63,183 nucleotides of DNA, filler included, from Thermodesulfobacteriota bacterium (GCA_036381125.1; 7 parts of 7 records of this genome joined end to end with filler, not necessarily neighbours in it); one strand, 5' to 3'; positions 19,994-29,865 are shown, numbered from the whole stretch's first letter. Notes: generated by a model from the letters alone, not told the origin. Made by a program: numbers and translations.

Positions 19994-20653
19994 TCAGCAT
20001 CGTCCCGGCGTCGCCGCCCTCTCGCCGGCGGCCACGGCGTGGAGCAGGTCGGCCGTCGTGAGGATGCCGACGAGGCGGTCGCCGTCGAGCACCGGCAGGC
20101 AGCTCACCTTGCACGCGAGCATCAGCCCGGCCGCGCGACCGATCGTCTCGTCGGGCCCGATGGTGACGACGGGCCGGCTCATCACGTCCCGGACGGACGA
20201 GGCGGCCAGGCGGCGATCCGTGTTGCCGTCCCATCCGGCGCCGGTGCGCCCCGGGGGGGCGAGGAGGAGGTCGTGGTCTGTGACGATCCCGACCAGGCGC
20301 GCCCCTCGCACGACCGGCAGGTGGCGCACCGTGTAGTGACGCATCAGCCGTCGCGCCTGCGGGACCGGCGTCGAGGCGCGGACGCGCACCGTGACCGCGC
20401 TCATCCAGTCCCGCACCCGCCCCGCCGGGGCAGGCGCGGCGGCGCGGCCGGGCGCATCGGCCGGGCGGGGCACGAGGGTGAGGAGCCGTCCGCGCGAGTC
20501 GGAAGGGCGGCGGGAGGCGCCGTCGGGGCTCCGTCCGCCCCTGCGACGGGCCAGGGTCGCGCAGACGAGCCGCCAGCGCCTCGATGTGTCCACCAGGGCG
20601 GGATCGATCGGGGGGGCCTGGCCGCACGTCGGACACAGGCGGCTCGTCGTCAT
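19994..20653 (-). CDS. CBS-pair protein with N-terminal extension
   Basis: Two CBS motifs (RHLPVV..LVGIVTDHDL; SCLPVL..LVGILTTADL). GGAGG before ATG 20653. Confidence 0.8.
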   Translation of the reverse strand: MTTSRLCPTCGQAPPIDPALVDTSRRWRLVCATLARRRGGRSPDGASRRPSDSRGRLLTLVPRPADAPGRAAAPAPAGRVRDWMSAVTVRVRASTPVPQARRLMRHYTVRHLPVVRGARLVGIVTDHDLLLAPPGRTGAGWDGNTDRRLAASSVRDVMSRPVVTIGPDETIGRAAGLMLACKVSCLPVLDGDRLVGILTTADLLHAVAAGERAATPGRC

Positions 20654-20765
20654 ATCGAGCACCTCCAGGGTAGGGTGATTCGAGCGAAGCGACCCGGCGC
20701 CGGGCTGCCGTCCGGGACGCCGGCGCGCCGGCGCCGCCGGCGGCGCGCGCGACTCGGGTGCGGCG

Positions 20766-21230
20766 TCACTCGCCGGCCGAGGTCCCGGCGCGCCCGGTCC
20801 TCGGGACGACGAGGACGGGACAGGGGGCCGATCGGATCACTCGCCCCACGACCCCCGATCCGAGACGCCGGCGCCTCCCTCGGGGCTCGCTCGCGCCCAT
20901 CACGATCAGGTCGGCCGCCGCTTCCCTGGCGGCGTCGACGATCTCCTCGTGCGGCCGGCCGAACCGCAGCATGGGCCGCGCGTCGATCCCGGCCTTGCGG
21001 ATCATGGCGGCAGGCGCGCCGACGGCGTCGTGCACCCAGTCGAGCCGGGCGTCGCGAACCGGCTGCCATCCCCGCGACGGCAGGGCGATCGAGCTGGTAT
21101 CGGGGATGCCCTCGAGGACGTGGAGCACGATCACGTCCGCGCCGTTGGCTCGGGCGAGTCGCACCACCTCGCGCCTGGCGTGCTCGGCGCCGGGCGAGAG
21201 GTCGGTCGGGTGAAGGATCCTCTCAAGCAC
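20766..21230 (-). CDS. Universal stress protein (UspA)
   Basis: ILHPTDLS..ADLIVMG..LGSGVVGRVIRSAPCPVLVV. GTG start overlaps the CBS stop. Confidence 0.88.
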   Translation of the reverse strand: MLERILHPTDLSPGAEHARREVVRLARANGADVIVLHVLEGIPDTSSIALPSRGWQPVRDARLDWVHDAVGAPAAMIRKAGIDARPMLRFGRPHEEIVDAAREAAADLIVMGASEPRGRRRRLGSGVVGRVIRSAPCPVLVVPRTGRAGTSAGE

Positions 21231-21690
21231 GCTCGTGCGCCCCGTACGGGGCCGCGGCATCTCCTGCCGCGGCGCGGCCGTCTCCACGATCTCCGACCCA
21301 CGCCCCGAGGAGATCCGTCGTCGTCACGATCCCCACGAGCCGGCCGTCCTCGACGACCGCGACGGCGCCGGTCCGGCTCGCGAGCATCAGCTCGGCCGCT
21401 TCGTCCGCGTGCTGGTCCGGCCCGATCGTCACGGCCGGCACCATGGCTTCGGCCACGGTACGCGTGCTGAGCAGGGAGGCCGCCGCGAGCGACAGTCGAC
21501 CCATGCCGGGCGGGGGGAGGTGCAACCGGACGTCGCGGTCGCCGACGATGCCCGCCAGTCTCTCGCCGTCCATCACCGGGAGGTGGCGGATGCCGCGCTC
21601 CCGCATGATCCGATACGCCTTGCGTATCGGGGTGTCGGGCGAGACAGTGATCGCTGGCGCGCTCATCCAGCTCCGCACACGCGTCGACAC
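21223..21690 (-). CDS. CBS-pair protein (AcuB-like)
   Basis: AAGGAGG RBS, GTG start; IRHLPVMDG..LVGIVTTTDLL. Confidence 0.85.
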   Translation of the reverse strand: MSTRVRSWMSAPAITVSPDTPIRKAYRIMRERGIRHLPVMDGERLAGIVGDRDVRLHLPPPGMGRLSLAAASLLSTRTVAEAMVPAVTIGPDQHADEAAELMLASRTGAVAVVEDGRLVGIVTTTDLLGAWVGDRGDGRAAAGDAAAPYGAHERA

Positions 21691-21752
21691 GGTCACACCT
21701 CCTTGAAGTTCCGTTCGTGGTTCGATGGCGCGAGGACGTTCGAGCCGTCGCC

Positions 21753-22358
21753 TCAGCAGCGCGCCCACCTGCCGAGGAGGTCCGTAGCGGGTGCCATGAC
21801 CTCGGCGACGGCCGTACCGCCGACGAACCACCGGCCGCCTCCGGTCCGGCCCGCGGATCCCGTGAGATGAGAGCCGCTCGACTCGGCATCGCCGGGGCGA
21901 TCGCGAACCACGAGAACCGGCACGGGCGACTGCTGGATGACTCGCTCGGCGACGGTGCCGAGGACGAGACGGCGCAAGCCGGTCCGGCCGTGTGCGGTGA
22001 GCACCACCAGATCGGCCTCGCCGGCCGCCTCGACGAGGCGGTCCACCGGCGACCCTTCGAGCACGCGCGTCTCGACGGCGAGGTCCGTCCGTGCGATCTT
22101 CTTTCGGCAGCCGTCCAGGTACGCGGCCGCCTCGACCCTCGGCCGCTCGAGCACCCGGCGCAGGTGCGCGGTGAGCCGCTGCGCATCCCGGAGCGTGGCG
22201 AAGTCCGCCGACCCGGACGAGGGCGCGAGACGCGTCGGCTCGATGACGCGCGCGAGGAGGAGGCGGCCGCGCGGAGCGGTCAGATCCTCGGCGTACCGGA
22301 TGGCTCGCTCGGCGAGGGTCGACCCATCGAGCGCGACGAGAACGGTTCCGTACATCAC
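21753..22358 (-). CDS. Universal stress protein (UspA)
   Basis: VLVALDGS..ADLVVLTAHGRTGLRRLVLGTVAERVIQQSPVPVLVVR. Confidence 0.9.
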   Translation of the reverse strand: MMYGTVLVALDGSTLAERAIRYAEDLTAPRGRLLLARVIEPTRLAPSSGSADFATLRDAQRLTAHLRRVLERPRVEAAAYLDGCRKKIARTDLAVETRVLEGSPVDRLVEAAGEADLVVLTAHGRTGLRRLVLGTVAERVIQQSPVPVLVVRDRPGDAESSGSHLTGSAGRTGGGRWFVGGTAVAEVMAPATDLLGRWARC

Positions 22359-22534
22359 GTCTCCCCTGCAGCTTGACGATCCCGAGCGCCACGCCGGCCC
22401 TGCCGACGTGCGACGTCGTTGCGTTCGGGGCTGCGTGGCGAGATGACGCGAGAAGGCGTCCGGCCGCCGGCCGAGACGCCGGCGTCACGCGAGCGAGGGC
22501 TCGCGGCGATAGCGGTCCGGCTGTTGGGCTCGAG

Positions 22535-23326
22535 CTACGCGAGGAAGGCGCCGATCGGGGACGCCCCGGGCCTCGCCTCGCGGGCGACCGGCCGGCGCAC
22601 CGCGGCTGCCGGGCGGCGGGCCGCGACCGGCCGGGCTGCGTACGGCTCCGCGTCGGATGGGCGAGCGTCGAACTGCCGGGCCGCCCCGTCGGCGCGCGCC
22701 TCGAGCGCAGCCCTGATGCGGCGCCGGACGCCGCGCACCGGTGCGCCGGCCGCGCGGGCCCGGTAGGCCCGCCAGATCGATGGCGGCAGCCCGGTGCGCT
22801 GCTGGAAGGCCCGGCTGAAGGCCGACAGGCTCCTGAAGCCGGCCCGAAACCCTGTCTCGAGTACGGTCGCGTCGGTGCCGGCGAGGATCGCCTTGGCGCG
22901 CTCGATGCGAAGATCGGCGAGGGCCCGCATCGGCGAGCGGCCGTCGGCCGCCCGGAACCGATGGGCGAGGCTCGAGGCGCTGGCCCCCATGGCGGCCGCG
23001 AGCTGCTCGACGGTCAGCGGCTCGTCGAGGCGGTCCTGCATGAGCTGGAGCACACGCTGGGCGAAGCGGCGCTCGGCCTCAGCCGTACCGCCCGGCAGGT
23101 CGGGACGGCACCGCTTGCAGGGGCGGTACCCGGCCCGTTCGGCGGCGTGCGCCGATGAGAAGTACTCGACTCGCTCGGGACGCGGCCGCCGGCACGAGCA
23201 GGACGGCCGACAGAAGACCCCGGTCGTCCGCACGCCCGCGACGAACTGGCCGTCGAAGCGGGTATCCCTGCCCACGTAGGCCGCCCAGAGGCGCTCTCTG
23301 CCGACGTGACACGTGCCGACCTGCAA
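22535..23326 (-). CDS. AdaA-like regulator (Ada Zn-binding domain + AraC HTH)
   Basis: GVRTTGVFCRPSC..GYRPCKRCRP followed by AraC HTH (GFRSLSAFSRAF). No alkyltransferase domain. Confidence 0.88.
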   Translation of the reverse strand: MQVGTCHVGRERLWAAYVGRDTRFDGQFVAGVRTTGVFCRPSCSCRRPRPERVEYFSSAHAAERAGYRPCKRCRPDLPGGTAEAERRFAQRVLQLMQDRLDEPLTVEQLAAAMGASASSLAHRFRAADGRSPMRALADLRIERAKAILAGTDATVLETGFRAGFRSLSAFSRAFQQRTGLPPSIWRAYRARAAGAPVRGVRRRIRAALEARADGAARQFDARPSDAEPYAARPVAARRPAAAVRRPVAREARPGASPIGAFLA

Positions 23327-23608
23327 TAGCTACCTCCTGCCATTCCTCACGAGACGGGTCCAGTCATCTGGTATCAGCCCGTCGGTGTCGTTTCACCCCC
23401 GTTCCTGCAAAGTTATCCGGCGAGGGCCGCCGAGGAGCCATCGTCGGGCCGTCGAACGTCTCGGCGGCGCGCAGCCTCCTGCCGCCGGAGGGATCGGATC
23501 TTACCAGCGCGGTGCGCCCGCGGCGACCGGGCCGAGCGCCGGGGATGGGCGGTCGTGGATGCAGGCAGCGCGCTCCTCGCCGGAACTCCGACGGCCGTTC
23601 GGATGCCG

Positions 23609-24220
23609 TTACGGATCGGATCGGCGTTCCGCGCTTCGAAGAGCCCCTCGAGCCGGAGGATCGGCGCGACGCGCCCGGGGGGCTTCGGTGCGCCATCCGG
23701 CGCACGCGCCGGGCGCCCACAAGCCACGCTGCCGCGTCCGTGCCCGGTCCTGTGCGGCCCTGAAGCGGTCCCGGTAGCGGTAGGGGAGCCGGTACGTGTA
23801 CTCGAAGCCGTACCCGTCGGCGATCATGACCTCGGCGAAGTTGCGGCCGTCGGGCAGGATGAGGTACGCGAGCAGCCGGCCGTAGCGATCGCGGTGCCCC
23901 TGCTGCGGGTCCTGCTCGACGTGGACGACGGTTCCCGCGGGGAGGAGCGCCTTCGCCTTCGCGCTCGCTTCCCGCCCGAAGCACTCGACGGGGCGACGGG
24001 GGTCGACGGTCTCCGGCGTGTTCAGCCCGATGAGCCGAAGGCGCTCGCGCCGGCCGCCGAGCTGCACGTCCACGGTGTCGCCGTCCACCACTCGAAGCAC
24101 CGTACCCGGCTCGCCGCGAATGCCTTCGCCGAGCGCGGGCGCCGCGGTCGGCGCGAGGACGAGGAGGAGGGCGATCAGGAGGAACATGGCGACCCTCTTC
24201 GCGTCGATGGCGCAAGCCAC
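23609..24220 (-). CDS. Thermonuclease (SNase-like) family exported nuclease
   Basis: Signal peptide, VVDGDT, RLIGLNTPE, DRYGRLLAY, RGLW. Confidence 0.9.
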   Translation of the reverse strand: MACAIDAKRVAMFLLIALLLVLAPTAAPALGEGIRGEPGTVLRVVDGDTVDVQLGGRRERLRLIGLNTPETVDPRRPVECFGREASAKAKALLPAGTVVHVEQDPQQGHRDRYGRLLAYLILPDGRNFAEVMIADGYGFEYTYRLPYRYRDRFRAAQDRARTRQRGLWAPGACAGWRTEAPRARRADPPARGALRSAERRSDP

Positions 24221-24270
24221 GTCGTGGGGGCCGCATCTCTATCCTGTCGTTCGGGGCGTTGTCAAGGCGC

Positions 24271-24422
24271 GTGTCGATCGTGCGCGAGCCGGCCCGTCTC
24301 GGTCTGGACGAGGCGGAGGCGCTGGCGGTCGTCCTCGACCGGAGCGCCCGACGAGCGCCGGAGGGGCACGACGGCGTGCGTCATGGCCATGGTCGAGGCG
24401 ACGAGGAACTCCGGGGCCGGCG
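24271..24422 (+). repeat. Degenerate ~150-bp copy of the YciI promoter, leader and first codons (19369-19520)
   Basis: Shared core GGAGGCGCTGGCGGTCGTCCTCGACCGGAGCGCCCGAC; start ATG lost in the copy. Confidence 0.85.
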
Positions 24423-24489
24423 ACGCGGGTACGCGGGGGAGCGGCGGCCCCACGGACCGTGCCGACCCGGGGGGCGGGAGTGAGGCTCG

Positions 24490-24810
24490 CCGGGGCGAGG
24501 GCCAGGCCCCGAGCTGACGCATGAGCCCGATCACGTCGTTCTTCACCCAGCTCTCGACCAGGTGGCCGTCGACGATGCGCACCAGGGTCGGGCCGGTCAT
24601 GGTCACGCTTCGGCCGGTCGGCTCGATGCCGAAGATGGCCCCCCGGTGCGTGCCTCGCGTCGTGGCCCGCGAGCAGACCTTGTCGCCCTCGGCAACCTGG
24701 TCCTCGATCGTGATCCGGAGATCGGGGAACGCGGCGCGGAACGTGGTCACGACCTGCCGGATCGCATCGGGGCCGCCCGGCGTTCCTCCATGCCCGCTGT
24801 TCGAGGCCAC
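24490..24810 (-). pseudogene. SnoaL-like ester cyclase, N-terminally truncated (ORF reads through to 24262)
   Basis: FRAAFPDLRITIEDQVAEGDKV..GTHRG..PTGR..LMRQLG. The usual N-terminal helices are missing; begins right after the cbpM stop. Confidence 0.65.
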
Positions 24811-24813
24811 CGC

Positions 24814-25131
24814 CTAGCCTTCTCGCCTGAGGCGCGCCACCTCGGCCTCGAGCGCCTCGATGCGCGCGAGGAGGTCCAGCGCCACCGCCGCGCCGACGAA
24901 TCCGATGCCGAGGTCGCGGTGGAGCCGGACCATGCGCCGCAGCCGCGGGACGACCTCCACCGGGAACTCGTCGGCGCCCGGCTCGATCGGCTCCACGACG
25001 GCGAGCCGCACGAGGCGGGCGAGGGTGACGCGCCGGATGCCGACGGCCCGGCAGAGGTCGTCGGCGCCGAGCCGAACCTGGCCCTCCAGGGGCCGTCCCT
25101 CGGGGTCGCGTCCCGCGCCACCGCTGGTCAT
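24814..25131 (-). CDS. cbpM: Chaperone modulator CbpM (MerR-like)
   Basis: RLRRMVRLHRDLGIGFVGAAVALDLLARIEALEAE. ATGA-coupled to cbpA. Confidence 0.85.
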   Translation of the reverse strand: MTSGGAGRDPEGRPLEGQVRLGADDLCRAVGIRRVTLARLVRLAVVEPIEPGADEFPVEVVPRLRRMVRLHRDLGIGFVGAAVALDLLARIEALEAEVARLRREG

Positions 25132-26012
25132 CCCTGCCTCCCTGCGGACGCCGGTCGATCGGCCGCCACGCCCGCCCGCCGCCGCAACTCCTCGTAGGCC
25201 GCCCGCTCCTCGGGCCCCGGCGCCTCCGGGATCACCACGCGCACCACCGCGTAGAGGTCCCCGCGGCCGCCGCCCGCGAGCGGCAGCCCTCGACCCCTGA
25301 GCCGGATGCGTCTGCCGGCCTGCGTTCCCGGCGGCACCTTCAGCCGGATCGGCCCGTCGGGGGTCTCGACCTCCACCTCGGCGCCGAGCACCGCCTGCCA
25401 GGGCCAGAGCGGCAGGTCCATCTCGACCTCGTCGTCGACGACCCGGTAGCGCGGGTGCGGGAGGAGACGAACGCGGAGGTAGAGGTCGCCGGGTGGGCCG
25501 CCGCCGAGCCCCGGCTCGCCCTGCCCCGCCAGTCGGATGCGGGTGCCGGTCCGGACGCCCGGCGGCACCTGAACCTCGACCGTGCGCTCGCCGACGCGAA
25601 GGGTTCGGCGCCCGCCCCGCAGCGCCTCCTCGAACGTGACCGGGAGGTCGGCCTCGACGTCGCTGCCGGGGAAGACGATGCGCCTGCCCGCGCGGCCGCG
25701 GGGGCCGCCTCCGAAGAACCGCTCGAAGAGGTCGCCGAGGTCCGCGGCCTCCGGCCCCTCCTCGGGGCCGGGCGCCTCCTGCCATGCGGCGCCGCCCCGG
25801 TCGTACTGCGCCCGCTTCTCGGGATCGCTGAGGACGCTGTGGGCCTCGTTGATCGCCTTGAAGCGCTCCTCGGCGGCCTTCCGCTCGGCCGGCGGGGCGA
25901 GGTCGGGGTGGTACCGGCGGGCGAGGCGCCGGTAGGCGCGGCGGATCTCCTCGGTCGTCGCCGTGCGCGGGACGCCCAGGATCTCGTAGTAGTCGCGCGA
26001 GCCAACGGCCAT
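25128..26012 (-). CDS. cbpA: DnaJ-class chaperone CbpA
   Basis: J domain DYYEILGV..YHPD, DnaJ C-terminal domain, no Zn finger, followed by cbpM. Confidence 0.9.
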   Translation of the reverse strand: MAVGSRDYYEILGVPRTATTEEIRRAYRRLARRYHPDLAPPAERKAAEERFKAINEAHSVLSDPEKRAQYDRGGAAWQEAPGPEEGPEAADLGDLFERFFGGGPRGRAGRRIVFPGSDVEADLPVTFEEALRGGRRTLRVGERTVEVQVPPGVRTGTRIRLAGQGEPGLGGGPPGDLYLRVRLLPHPRYRVVDDEVEMDLPLWPWQAVLGAEVEVETPDGPIRLKVPPGTQAGRRIRLRGRGLPLAGGGRGDLYAVVRVVIPEAPGPEERAAYEELRRRAGVAADRPASAGRQG

Positions 26013-26098
26013 GGCGCGACGACCGGCTGCGACTCCCGTTCCAGGTCCTGCCGATCCTCGACAGGCGCGGTGCGCGGCTCCATGGGGTATCATCGACC

Positions 26099-26758
26099 AT
26101 GGCCGAACCTCGACGCCGCTACCTCCCCGCGGCCGGCCACGACTGGCTGCTGCCGTTCTACGACCCGGTCGTCAGGCTGACCGGAGGCGATGCCGCCAGG
26201 CGGGCGTTGCTCGATCAGGCGGCCCTGCGGCCGGGCCACCGCGTCCTCGACATCGGCTGCGGCACCGGCTCCCTGGTCGTCTGGATCAAGCAGCGCCACC
26301 CGGAGGTCGACGTGGTCGGGCTCGATCCCGATCCGAAGGCGCTCGTCCGGGCGAGACGCAAGGCGGAGCGCGCGGGGGTGTCGGTCCGCCTGGATCGCGG
26401 GTTCGCGGACGCGCTGCCGTATCCCGCGGCCGCCTTCGATCGCGTCTTCTCCGCCTTCATGCTCCATCACCTCGAGGCGGGTGAGAAGGTGAGGGCCCTC
26501 GGCGAGGTGCGGCGCGTCCTCGTGGCGGACGGCGCGCTCCACCTGGTGGACTTCGGGGGACCGGAGGCGCGCCCGCGCGGCCTGCTCGCCCGTCTCTTCC
26601 ACTCGATGCATCACCTCGAGGACAACTTCGGCGGCCGGATCGCGGCGCTGATGCGCGACGCCGGGTTCGCGGACGTGCGGGTCGTCGCCCGTCGGAGCAC
26701 GCTCTTCGGGCCGGTCGCCTACTACCGGGCGTCCTCGCAGGGCTCCGCCGCGGGCTGA
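26099..26758 (+). CDS. Class I SAM-dependent methyltransferase
   Basis: VLDIGCGTG, GLDPD, FMLHHL, VDFG. Confidence 0.88.
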   Translation: MAEPRRRYLPAAGHDWLLPFYDPVVRLTGGDAARRALLDQAALRPGHRVLDIGCGTGSLVVWIKQRHPEVDVVGLDPDPKALVRARRKAERAGVSVRLDRGFADALPYPAAAFDRVFSAFMLHHLEAGEKVRALGEVRRVLVADGALHLVDFGGPEARPRGLLARLFHSMHHLEDNFGGRIAALMRDAGFADVRVVARRSTLFGPVAYYRASSQGSAAG

Positions 26759-26824
26759 GGCGGACCCCGGTGGAGCGAGGCGCGCGGCCTTCGACGCGGC
26801 GCGTCTCGCGAGGCCGAAACGCTG

Positions 26825-26853
26825 TTGACACCGTCCGGTCGAGTTCATAACCT
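26825..26853 (+). promoter_or_regulatory. Sigma70-type promoter of the amidohydrolase operon
   Basis: TTGACA-N17-TAACCT, followed by imperfect palindromes (possible operators). Confidence 0.65.
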
Positions 26854-27038
26854 GAACGTTGCCGGAAAACGTAGTTGCGCACAGCGAAACGCCGGTCGTC
26901 TCGCGGGCGACGTCTGCAAAGCGGAAGGGAGCGCCGCGGCGCCGCGCCTCGGCCACGCCGAAGGCCGCGCGGGCAGCGCGATCGGGTGGGGTTGCCGACG
27001 GCCGGGGGGAGGTGCGGGGGCAGGTGGGGAGGAGCCGG

Positions 27039-28460
27039 ATGGCCGCGAGGAAGGTCGACACCATCGTGCACGGCGGCCGGGTCGTCACGGCGTCGGAGGC
27101 CTACGAGGCCAGCCTCGCCATCGACGGCGAGACCATCGTCGCCATCGGTCCGGACGACATGCTGCCGCCGGCCGAGCGATACATCGACGCGTCCGGCAAG
27201 TACGTCCTCCCCGGAGCGATCGACTGCCACATCCACCTCGGCCCGGAGTACGACGACTGGCGCGGCGGCCCGATCGCCGCGGCCCACGCCGGGCTCACGA
27301 CGCTGATCGGCTTCGCCGCCTACGACGACCAGGCCGGGGAGACCCTCCCCGCGGCGATCCGGAGGCTCGAGGCGGAGGCCGGGTCGCAGTCGGTCCTCGA
27401 CTTCGGCTTTCACTTCATCCTCAACAACCAGCCCTACGTCCTCGACGGGATCCCCGAGGCGGTCCGGCTCGGCGTGACCTCCTTCAAGATGTTCATGACC
27501 TACAAGCGACGGGCGAACCGGATGTGCTCGGACGAGTTCATCTGCCGGGCCATGGAGGTGATCGCCGCGTCGGGAGGGGTCTGCCAGCTCCACTGCGAGA
27601 ACGGCGACGTCATCCAGTACCTCGAGAACAGGGCGCTCGCCGAGGGGCGGGTGCACCCGCGGGACTTCCCGGCGACCTGCCCCGATTGGGTGGAGGAGGA
27701 GGCGATCAACCGGGCGATCGGGATGGGGGCCCTGACCGGTTGCCCCGTCTACGTGGTGCACCTCTCCTCGCAGCTCGGCCTCGAGCGGATCAAGCGGGCA
27801 CAGGCGGCGGGGCACCGCGTCTGGACCGAGACCTGCCCCCAGTACCTGCTCCTGTCGGACGCCGAGATGACGCGATGGGGGCCGCTCGCGAAGATCGGGC
27901 CGCCGCTCCGGCCGGAGGGGGGGCCGGACCGCGAGGCGCTCTGGCGCGGCTCGGAGCAGGGCTACATCGCGACGATCGCGAGCGATCACTCCGCGCGCGC
28001 CAGGCGGTTCAAGGAGCCGGGCTGGCAGAACATCTTCGTCGATCCGCAGGGCAACACGATCCCGTTCGGAAGCCCGTCGGTCGAGACGCTGGTCCCGCTC
28101 GTGTACAGCGAGGGGGTCGCGAGGCGAGGCCTGCCGCTCACCTGGATGGCGCGCGTCCTCTCCGAGAACCCGGCCCGCATCTTCGGCCTCTACCCCAGGA
28201 AGGGGACGATCCGGGTCGGCTCGGACGCCGACCTGCTCATCATCGATCCCGAGGCGGAGTGGACGATCCGCCTGGACGACCATCGCGGCATGGCCGGCTG
28301 GACGCTCTACGACGGGTGGTCGGTGCGCGGCCGCCCCTGGATGACGCTGCTGCGCGGGCGGGTGCTCCTCGACCGGGGGCGGCTCGTGCAGGAACCGGGA
28401 TACGGCCGGTACCTGCCGCGGGGGGGACCGATGCCGCCGCTCGGCGGCCGGGTTCGCTGA
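27039..28460 (+). CDS. Dihydropyrimidinase/hydantoinase-like cyclic amidohydrolase
   Basis: DCHIH, SFKMFM (carbamylated Lys), LHCENG, VHLS, ASDH, NPARIFGLYPRKG. Confidence 0.9.
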   Translation: MAARKVDTIVHGGRVVTASEAYEASLAIDGETIVAIGPDDMLPPAERYIDASGKYVLPGAIDCHIHLGPEYDDWRGGPIAAAHAGLTTLIGFAAYDDQAGETLPAAIRRLEAEAGSQSVLDFGFHFILNNQPYVLDGIPEAVRLGVTSFKMFMTYKRRANRMCSDEFICRAMEVIAASGGVCQLHCENGDVIQYLENRALAEGRVHPRDFPATCPDWVEEEAINRAIGMGALTGCPVYVVHLSSQLGLERIKRAQAAGHRVWTETCPQYLLLSDAEMTRWGPLAKIGPPLRPEGGPDREALWRGSEQGYIATIASDHSARARRFKEPGWQNIFVDPQGNTIPFGSPSVETLVPLVYSEGVARRGLPLTWMARVLSENPARIFGLYPRKGTIRVGSDADLLIIDPEAEWTIRLDDHRGMAGWTLYDGWSVRGRPWMTLLRGRVLLDRGRLVQEPGYGRYLPRGGPMPPLGGRVR

Positions 28461-28473
28461 GGGGGTGCGGACG

Positions 28474-29823
28474 ATGGACTACCTCGACCGGCTCGCCGGA
28501 TTCGTTCACCGGATCGACCTCGCGAGCCTTCCTCGCGAGGTCGTCGACGCCGCCAGGCGGGTGGTGCTCGACGGCATCGGCGTGATCCTCGCCGGCAGCC
28601 GGCTGCCCGAGAACGGGCGCCTCGCGAGGCTCGTGGCGGAGCGGTCGGCGGGCGGCCGGGCCACGCTGATCGGCCATCGGCTCGCCGCCGATCCGATGTT
28701 CGCCGCGCTCGCCAACGCGACCGCGGGGGTCTCGCTCGACCTCGACGAGGGCAACCGGTTCGGCGGCGGGCACCCGGCGATGCACGTGGCCACTGCCGCG
28801 CTGGCGGTCGCCGAGGAGCTGGGGGCCGGGGGGCGGCGGCTCCTCGAGAGCATCGTGGCGGGATACGAGGTCGTCTCGCGGGTCGGCGGCGCGACGCGGC
28901 CGCGCTTCAACGTCCACTCGCACGGCACGTGGGGCACCCTCGGAGCGGCGGTCGCGGTCGCCAGGCTCCACGGCTACGACGCGGCGCGGATCCGCGAGGT
29001 CGTCAACCTCGCGGCCTCCATGAGCCCGGCGAACTCCTGGGTGCCCTGCTTCGAGGGGGCGACCATCCGCAACCTCTACCCGGGCCGGGCCGCGCTCCAG
29101 GGGATCCTCGCCGTTCACCTGCATCGCTGCGGCTTCACCGGTCCGCGCGACGCGCCGTCGGACGTCTTCGGCGTGATCCTCGGCGATCGCTTCGACACGG
29201 AGCAGGTCGTCGCCGGCCTCGGCGAGGACTACCGCATCGCACGGAACTATTTCAAGTTCCACGCCTGCTGCCTCTACAGCCACCCGACGCTCGACGCCCT
29301 GCAGGCGCTCGTCGCGGAGGAGCGGATCTCGGCCCGGGACGTGGAGCGGGTCACGGTCGTCTCGGTCCCCTTCGCCGAGCGGATGGCGGGGCGCGACCCG
29401 GCCAACCCGCTTGCGGCGAAGTTCTCGATCCCCTTCGCCGTGGCCGCGTTGCTCGTGACCGGGCGTACCGACGCCGAAGCCTTCGGCGACTCGACGATCG
29501 CCGACGGCCGGGTCCGCGACCTCGCGGCGCGGGTGGTGGTCCGCGCGGACCCCGAGATGTCCATGCAGCGCTCCGACTACCCGACCGCGACCGTCTCCGT
29601 CCTGCTCAAGGACGGCCGTACGGTGTCGCGCTCGACCACCGTGGTCAGGGGCGACTCGGCGAACCCGGCGCCGCCGGCGGCGCTGGTCGACAAGTTCCTC
29701 GCCCTGGCCGGCCCGAGTATCGGCGCCGCCGGGGCACGGGCCGTCGTCGAGGCGGTCGACGCGCTCGAGGAGGTCGGCGACGTGCGGACCCTCACCGCAC
29801 GTCTGGTCGGCCCCGGCTCCTGA
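28474..29823 (+). CDS. MmgE/PrpD family protein
   Basis: AALANATAGVSLDLDE..HP, AGYEV, KFHACCLYSH, AKFSIPF. Confidence 0.9.
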   Translation: MDYLDRLAGFVHRIDLASLPREVVDAARRVVLDGIGVILAGSRLPENGRLARLVAERSAGGRATLIGHRLAADPMFAALANATAGVSLDLDEGNRFGGGHPAMHVATAALAVAEELGAGGRRLLESIVAGYEVVSRVGGATRPRFNVHSHGTWGTLGAAVAVARLHGYDAARIREVVNLAASMSPANSWVPCFEGATIRNLYPGRAALQGILAVHLHRCGFTGPRDAPSDVFGVILGDRFDTEQVVAGLGEDYRIARNYFKFHACCLYSHPTLDALQALVAEERISARDVERVTVVSVPFAERMAGRDPANPLAAKFSIPFAVAALLVTGRTDAEAFGDSTIADGRVRDLAARVVVRADPEMSMQRSDYPTATVSVLLKDGRTVSRSTTVVRGDSANPAPPAALVDKFLALAGPSIGAAGARAVVEAVDALEEVGDVRTLTARLVGPGS

Positions 29824-29865
29824 GCCGCGCGGCCCGACCGTCCGAGGGGAACGGGAGAACACCAG

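Noticed and set aside
22535..24220. Ada regulator plus nuclease as a defence or repair system
   Set aside because: Both are common stand-alone genes about 280 nt apart; the nuclease is exported and there is no ogt/alkA or defence partner.
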